Assembly: GCA_002269645.1 (NCBI GenBank)
Contig: NIVC01001530.1
Location: forward strand, 1 to 64,000
Direction of reading: 5' to 3'
Length of the DNA stretch: 64,000 nucleotides
Source of the DNA: Macrostomum lignano
Lineage: Eukaryota
Positions 56,104 through 64,000 of this stretch are shown in pieces. Every line of letters starts with the position of its first letter. Position 1 is the first letter of the stretch. Below the pieces are notes generated by a model. It made no database searches. It worked only from the letters and a program-made list of their open reading frames with translations, and was not told the DNA's origin. The translations under genes were made by a program, and so were the position numbers.

Positions 56104-57325
56104 TTCCATAGACCATACGAATCCCATAGACCATACGAATCCCATAGACCATACGAATCCCATAGACCATACGAATCCCATAGACCATACGAATCCCATA
56201 GACCATACGAATCCCATAGACCATACGAATCCCATAGACCATACGAATCCCATAGACCATACGAATCCCATAGACCATACGAATCCCATAGACCATACGA
56301 ATCCCATAGACCATACGAATCCCATAGACCATACGAATCCCATAGACCATACGAATCCCATAGACCATACGAATCCCATAGACCATACGAATCCCATAGA
56401 CCATACGAATCCCATAGACCATACGAATCCCATAGACCATACGAATCCCATAGACCATACGAATCCCATAGACCATACGAATCCCATAGACCATACGAAT
56501 CCCATAGACCATACGAATCCCATAGACCATACGAATCCCATAGACCATACGAATCCCATAGACCATACGAATCCCATAGACCATTCAAATCCCGTAAAAT
56601 CCCATAAAAATACCACAGAATCCCATAAAAATCCCACAGAATCCAATAAAAATCCCCCAGAATCCCATAAAAAGCCCACAGAATCCCGTAGAATCCCATA
56701 AAAATCCCACAGAATCCCGTAGAATCTCTAAAAATCCCACAGAATCCCGTAGAATCCCTAAAAATCCCACAGAATCCCATAAAAAGCCCACAGAATCCCG
56801 TAGAATCCAATAAAAATCCCACAGAATCCCGTAGAATCTCTAAAAAGCCCACAGAATCCCGTAGAATCCCATAAAAATCCCACAGAATCCCGTAGAATCT
56901 CTAAAAATCCCACAGAATCCCGTAGAATCCCTAAAAATCCCACAGAATCCCATAAAAAGCCCACAGAATCCCGTAGAATCCAATAAAAATCCCACAGAAT
57001 CCCGTAGAATCTCTAAAAATCCCACAGAATCCCGTAGAATCCCTAAAAATTCCACAGAATCCCACAGAATCCCATAGTATCCCATAAAAATCCCACAGAA
57101 TCCCGTAGAATCCCTAAAAAGCCCACAGAATCCCGTAGAATCCCTAAAAATCCCACAGAATCCCGTAGAATCCCTAAAAAGCCCACAGAATCCCGTAGAA
57201 TCCCTAAAAATCCCACAGAATCCCAAAAAATCCCACAGAATCCCATAAAAAGCCCACATAATCCTGTAGAATTCCATAAAAATCTCACAAAATGCCGTAG
57301 AATCCCTAAAAACCCCACAGAGTCC
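56104..57325. repeat. Perfect 18-bp array (~27 copies, 56104-56583) abutting a diverged ~30-bp array (56590-57325)
   Basis: Units CCCATAGACCATACGAAT and AATCCCACAGAATCCCGTAGAATCCCTAAA. Confidence 0.95.
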
Positions 57326-57405
57326 CAACTAGATACCACAGAGACGAGCAGAGCCTGACATACATAAGCCGCTATCGAATCCCGCAGGACACACCGACCG
57401 GCGCA

Positions 57406-57766
57406 ATGTCCACCGCAGAGCCTCCAAGCATGCGCTGCAACACCCCGTGCGCCTGCGAGCTCCGCCTGCCAGCAGGCCTCTCCGCTCCCTACCAGCTGAC
57501 ATTTCGCGGCGAAAACCGTCTGGTGAACTTTTCCACCTCTGACTCGGCCTGCACTCTCGGACACGAGATTCCGGCCAACACCTCTTGGCAAGACCGGACT
57601 AACCAGGATGTTGTCAAGGTGTTGCTAAGCACCTATATGGCTCCGCCGGTGATTGTCATCACCCTGGTAACCAATATGCTCATCTGCATTGTGCTCACCA
57701 GGAAGCACATGGTCAGCCCTACTAATATTATTCTGCTGTCAATGGCCCTGGCTGATATGCTGACGG
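57406..57766 (+). CDS. First coding exon of a class A neuropeptide GPCR, sex-peptide/MIP receptor-like (N-terminus, TM1, start of TM2); the rest probably lies beyond the window
   Basis: YMAPPVIVITLVTNMLICIVLTRKHMVSPTNIILLSMALADMLT matches the SPR/myosuppressin-type TM1-ICL1-TM2 pattern (N..I..VL....M..PTN..L..MA..DMLT). Extracellular N-glycosylation sequons NFS and NTS are present. Strong phase-1 donor CGG|GTGAGT at 57767. No convincing exon 2 was found up to 64000. Confidence 0.8.
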
Positions 57767-57796
57767 GTGAGTATGCGGCAGCGCTGGGGTGGGGTT

Positions 57797-60150
57797 GGTA
57801 GATTGATGGTAGATTGATGGTAGATTGATGGTAGATTGATAGTAGATTAATGGTAGATTGATGGTAGATTGATGGTAGATTAATGGTAGATTGATGGTAG
57901 ATTAATGGTAGATTGATAGCATATTGGTGGTAGATTGATAGTAGATTGATGGTAGATTGATAGTAGGTTAATGGTAGATTGATGGTAGATTGATGGTAGA
58001 TTAATGGTAGATTGATGGTAGATTGATGATAGATTGATGATAGATTGATAGTAGATTGATGGTAGATTAATTGTATATTGATGGTGGATTGATGGTAGAT
58101 TGATGGTAGATTAATAGTAGATTGATGGTAGATTAATGGTAGATTGATAGCATATTAGTGGTAGATTGATAGTAGATTGATGATAGATTGATGATAGATT
58201 GATAGTAGATTGATAGTAGATTGATGGTAGATTAATTGTATATTGATGGTAGATTGATAGTAGATTGATAGTAGATTGATGATAGATTGATGATAGATTG
58301 ATAGTAGATTGATAGTAGATTGATGGTAGATTAATTGTATATTGATGGTAGATTGATAGTAGATTGATAGTAGATTGATGGTAGATTGATGATAGATTGA
58401 TAGTAGATTGATAGTAGATTGATGGTAGATTAATTGTATATTGATGGTAGATTGATAGTAGATTGATAGTAGATTGATGATAGATTGATGATAGATTGAT
58501 AGTAGATTGATAGTAGATTGATGGTAGATTGATAGTAGATTAATGGTAGATTGATGGTAGATTGATAGTAGATTGATAGTAGATTGATGGTAGATTGATG
58601 ATAGATTGATAGTAGATTGATAGTAGATTAATGGTAGATTGATAGCATATTGGTGGTAGATTGATAGTAGATTGATGGTAGATAGATAGCATATTGATGG
58701 TAGATTAATTGTATATTGATGGTAGATTGATAGTAGATTGATAGTAGATTGATAGTAGATTGATAGTAGATTGATAGTAGATTGATAGTAGATTGATAGT
58801 AGATTGATAGTAGATTGATAGTAGATTGATAGTAGATTGATAGTAGATTGATGGTAGATTGATAGTAGATTGATGGCAGATTGATAGTAGATTGATAGTA
58901 GATTGATAGTAGATTGATGGTAGATTGATGGTAGATTGATAGTAGATTGGTGATAGATTGATAGTAGATTGATAGTAGATTGATAGTAGATTGATAGTAG
59001 ATTGATAGTAGATTGATGGTAGATTGATAGTAGATTGATGGTAGATTGATAGTAGATTGATAGTAGATTGATAGTAGATTGATGGTAGATTGATGGTAGA
59101 TTGATAGTAGATTGATAGTAGATTGATAGTAGATTGATAGTAGATTGATAGTAGATTGATAGTAGATTGATGGTGGATTAATAGTAGATGAATGGTAGAT
59201 TGATAGTAGATTGATAGTAGATTGATGGTAGATTATTAGTAGATGAATGGTAGATTTATGGTAGATTAATAGTAGATGAATGGTAGATTGATGGTAGATT
59301 GATAGTAGATTGATGGTAGATTGATAGTAGATTGATAGTAGATTGATAGTAGATTGATAGTAGATTGATAGTAGATTGATGGTAGATTAATAGTAGATGA
59401 ATGGTAGATTGATAGTAGATTGATAGTAGATTGATAGTAGATTGATAGTAGATTGATAGTAGATTGATAGTAGATTGATAGTAGATTGATAGTAGATTAA
59501 TAGTAGATGAATGGTAGATTGATGGTAGATTGATAGTAGATTGATGGTAGATTGATAGTAGATTGATGGTAGATTGATAGTAGATTGGTGATAGATTGAT
59601 AGTAGATTGATAGTAGATTGATGGTAGATTGATAGTAGATTGATGGTAGATTGATAGTAGATTGATGGTGGATTGATGGTAGATTGATGGTAGATTGATA
59701 GTAGATTGATGGTAGATTGATGGTAGATTGATGGTAGATTGATAGTAGATTGATAGTAGATTGATGGTAGATATATGGTAGATTGATAGTAGATTGATAG
59801 TAGATTAATGGTAGATTGATAGTAGATTGATAGTAGATTGATAGTAGATTGATAGTAGATTGATAGTAGATTAATGGTAGATTGATGGTAGATTGATAGT
59901 AGATTGATAGTAGATTGATAGTAGATTGATGGTAGATTGATAGTAGATTGATGGTAGATTGATGGTAGATTGATAGTAGATTGATGGTAGATTGATGGTA
60001 GATTGATGGTAGATTGATGGTGGATTGATGGTAGATTGATGGTAGATTGATAGTAGATTGATGGTAGATTGATAGTAGATTGATGGTGGATTGATGGTAG
60101 ATTGATGGTAGATTGATGGTAGATAATTCACTGATTTATGGTAGGTTTGT
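57797..60150. repeat. 11-bp tandem repeat, ~210 copies (GPCR intron)
   Basis: Unit GTAGATTGAT(A/G), starting ~30 nt after the GPCR donor. Confidence 0.96.
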
Positions 60151-60699
60151 GGTAGATTTATGGCATACCTAGAGACATAGATAAATCAAGACAACTCATT
60201 TTTAGCATCGTGGACAGATCGTTTTTAGCAGATTGAGATGAGCAATTGATCAACCTTGATGACAGATAGTTAGCAGATTGATAAAAAATGGACTACAGTG
60301 GCTTAAAATCCCATTGCATTTGCATTCTCGCACACCAGACAATCAAATGCACAAAACCAAATGCTGGATACGATTGATGATGTGGAAGATTTCCCAAAAC
60401 ATCACCTGCTTTCTTGAGTAGATTACGGGTTGACAAAATAAAACGTGCTCAGAAATTATCGCTGCATCAACAGCTGACAGATGGCGGGCATGGATGGCTG
60501 CTCACGAATTTGGGTTCGCGATAAACACGAACAGAAGCTGCGGAGGCCAGGTGCAAGAGTGATAAATGTTTTATGGCAAGGTTATGAATTTACGAATAGA
60601 CTAAAAGGAAATATATGAGATAGAGCGAGACACAGATGGGACGGATAAAGAGATAAAGACAGCTGAGACAAAGACACGGGTAAAAGGGATAAGTGCACA

Positions 60700-62150
60700 G
60701 GTAAAGGGGACAGAAACACAGGGGTAAGAGACAGACACACAGGGGTAAGAGACAGACACAGAGGGGTAAGAGACAGACACAGAGGGGTAAAAGACAGACA
60801 CACAGGGGTAAGAGACAGACACACAGGGGTAAAAGACAGACACACAGAGGACACAGACACACAGAGAAGGACATAGACACACAGAGGACACAGACACACA
60901 GAGAAGGACATAGACACACAGGAAGGACACAGACACACAGGAAGGACACAGACACACAGGAAGGACACAGACACACAGGAAGGACACAGACACACAGGAA
61001 GGACACAGACACACAGAGAAGGACGTAGACACACAGGAAGGACACAGACACACAGGAAGGACACAGACACACAGATAAGGACACAGACACACAGAGAAGG
61101 ACACAGACACACAGAGAAGGACACAGACACACAGAGAAGGACGTAGACACACAGGAAGGACACAGACACACAGAGAAGGACACAGACACAGATAATGACA
61201 CAGACACACAGGAAGGACACAGACACACAGGAAGGACACAGACACACAGGAAGGACACAGACACACAGAGAAGGACGTAGACACACAGGAAGGACACAGA
61301 CACACAGGAAGGACACAGACACACAGATAAGGACACAGACACACAGAGAAGGACACAGACACACAGAGAAGGACACAGACACACAGAGAAGGACGTAGAC
61401 ACACAGGAAGGACACAGACACACAGAGAAGGACACAGACACAGATAATGACACAGACACACAGGAAGGACACAGACACACAGAGAAGGACACAGACACAC
61501 AGGAAGGACACAGACACACAGGAAGGACACAGACACAGATAATGACACAGACACACAGGAAGGACACAGACACACAGATAATGACACAGACACACAGGAA
61601 GGACATAGACACACAGATAAGGACACAGACACACAGATAAGGACACAGACACACAGGAAGGACACAGACACACAGATAAGGACACAGACACACAGGAAGG
61701 ACACAGACACACAGATAAGGACACAGACACACAGGAAGGACATAGACACACAGAGAAGGACACAGACACACAGAGAAGGACACAGACATCCAGATAAAAG
61801 GGAGACAGACATACAGAAAAGGACGCAGACACACAGGAAAAAGGACACATGCACACAGGAAAAAAGGACACAGGCACACAGGTAAAAGGGACAGACACAC
61901 AGGAAAAAGGACACATGCACACAGGAAAAAAGGACACAGGCACACAGGTAAAAGGGACAGACACACAGGAAAAAGGACACATGCACACAGGAAAAAAGGA
62001 CACAGGCACACAGGTAAAAGGGACAGACACACAGGAAAAAGGACACAGGCACACAGGTAAAAGGGACAGACACACAGGAAAAAAAACACAGGCACACAGA
62101 TAAAAGGGAGACACACAGGTAAAAAGGATATCTGCCTAGGTAAAAGGGAC
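60700..62150. repeat. AC/AG-rich minisatellite, 19-21-bp units
   Basis: GACACAGACACACAGGAAG / GACACAGACACACAGAGAAG; source of the Cys/Val/Leu ORFs on the minus strand. Confidence 0.93.
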
Positions 62151-62869
62151 AGACACCGGTCACTAGAAGGAAGGTACATAGGAACATAAGACTAAAATAC
62201 CGGTCAAACCTAAGAGATTTAGTATATTGTGACTAATATCCACAAAAGCAGAAAGTGTTAAGACAAAGGCAGGAAATGGAGACAAAATTCTGGAGCTTCG
62301 TGTAGCAGACCGCGAAAAATCATATAACAGCAACTCTGTTTTCAATCTACTATTAATTAAGGTCATTTACCTTGGATAGTTTAATTAGAAAATTATAACA
62401 AATGGCTGTTATTTTGCGGAGCGGTAACTAATAAACTTATAAGAATCCAACTCAAAATTGAAAAATAATTTCAATTTCATTTGTCAAGGGATTTCAGTTA
62501 CCTGCAGCAAATATGACATATTGCGTGATGGATTTTATAAAAGCCCATGGACTCATTTCTTCGATACATGTAGCTACAGGGCAAATGCCAATCAAGCCTT
62601 GGTTCGTGACTAACGGACAACTGACACGTGTGGCCTAGGATTATAGGGTCAGAGTTAAACAGAAAAGTGATTTTTCAATCTGACTTGTCAAAGATAATTC
62701 AAAGGCTGGGCGGAGTCCGCGCTCTTCGAATTTTATTTTTACGGCTTCTGCTAAAAGCATCAACTAGAGAAGAAAATTAAAGCCGTTGCTGCCTTTTTCT
62801 CTCAGGACTTGGGCTCTGCATAACTCACTGCAGAGTTGCCTCACTGCCCTGTCTGTTTGTCACACCTAC

Positions 62870-63830
62870 ACGTCTCTACTTCTCCTGTCTGCCTCTCCCC
62901 TCCTGTCTGCCTCTCTCCTCCTGTCTGCCTCTCTACTTCTCCTGCCTGCCTCTCTACTTCTCCTGTCTGCCTCTCCCCTCCTGTCTGCCTCTCCCCTCCT
63001 GTCTGCCTCTCCCCTCCTGTCTGCCTCTCTACTTCTCCTGTCTGCCTCTCCCCTCCTGTCTGCCTCTCTACTTCTCCTGTCTGCCTCTCCCCTCCTGTCT
63101 GCCTCTCTACTCCTCCTGCCTGCCTCTCTACTTCTCCTGTCTGCCTCTCTCCTTCTCCTGTCTGCCTCTCCCCTCCTGTCTGCCTCTCTACTTCTCCTGT
63201 CTGCCTCTCTACTTCTCCTGTCTGCCTCTCTACTTCTCCTGTCTGCCTCTCTACTTCTCCTGTCTGCCTCTCCCCTCCTGTCTGCCTCTCTACTTCTCCT
63301 GTCTGCCTCTCCCCTCCTGTCTGCCTCTCCCCTCCTGTCTGCCTCTCTACTTCTCCTGTCTGCCTCTCCCCTCCTGTCTGCCTCTCTACTTCTCCTGTCT
63401 GCCTCTCCCCTCCTGTCTGCCTCTCCCCTCCTGTCTGCCTCTCTACTTCTCCTGTCTGCCTCTCCCCTCCTGTCTGCCTCTCTACTTCTCCTGTCTGCCT
63501 CTCCCCTCCTGTCTGCCTCTCTACTCCTCCTGCCTGCCTCTCTACTCCTCCTGCCTGCCTCTCTCCTTCTCCTGCCTGTCCTCCTGTCTGCCTCTCCCCT
63601 TCTCCTGCCTGTCCTCCTGCCTGCCTCTCTACTTCATCTATCTGCCTCCCTCCTTACCTGTCTGCCTCTCTCCTTACCTGTCTGCCTCTCTCCTTACCTG
63701 TCTGCCTCTCTCCTTACCTGTCTGACTCTCTCCTTACCTGTCTGCCTCTCTCCTTACCTGTCTGCCTCTCTCCTTCTCCTGCCCGCCTCTCTCCTTCTCC
63801 TGCCTGCCTCTCTCCTCCTGTGTGTCTCCC
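62870..63830. repeat. CT-rich minisatellite, 18/21-bp units
   Basis: CCTGTCTGCCTCTCTACTTCT / CCTGTCTGCCTCTCCCCT. Confidence 0.93.
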
Positions 63831-64000
63831 TCCTATTTTTCTTTCTTCCTCCCTTCCCTCTTTCTAATTTTCATGCCTACTTTCCACGCATACTTTCTCT
63901 TTCCTATCTCTATATACCTTCGTCTCCTTCTTCCCTCTGTCCTGTCCTCGCTTCTCTGCCTCCACCTTCTTCCCTCTCTGCCTTTCTTCTCTCGTCCGTC

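Noticed and set aside
60582-62187. Three ~520-aa Cys/Val/Leu-rich minus-strand ORFs resembling metallothionein or keratin-associated proteins
   Set aside because: Translation of a TG/TC-rich repeat, open in all three frames.
60150-62870. Second GPCR coding exon
   Set aside because: Candidate acceptors (e.g. CTCTCAG near 62806) give no TM2/TM3-like translation.

Overview
Eukaryotic (metazoan invertebrate) genomic DNA with GT-AG introns and the standard code. The poly-Q/poly-A-rich proteins and repeat-filled introns suggest a Macrostomum-type flatworm, but this is unverified. From left to right: a decayed Ty3/gypsy pol fragment (-), an internally deleted piggyBac remnant (+), then three complete same-strand genes. 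These are a 16-exon HEATR5B-like AP-1 accessory protein (~2075 aa), a 4-exon CCPG1/PBXIP1-like membrane protein with LIR and FIR-like motifs (~729 aa), and a 6-exon MINDY1/2 deubiquitinase (~457 aa). After them come a repeat-dense region holding a ~3.5 kb non-autonomous Helitron-like element and the first coding exon of a sex-peptide/MIP-receptor-like GPCR. The main unusual feature is that 20 of the 21 introns longer than 300 nt in the complete genes each contain a tandem array, almost always a different one, that stops short of the splice signals. In HEATR5B and the CCPG1-like gene these introns are almost all phase 0 at AG|G(T) proto-splice sites. The Helitron-like element is inserted precisely into one minisatellite and carries two others, which makes it a candidate vehicle for array spread. 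Most long ORFs in the supplied track are artefacts of stop-free repeats. Exon coordinates were derived by hand. Comparisons with human proteins are from memory, not from database searches.
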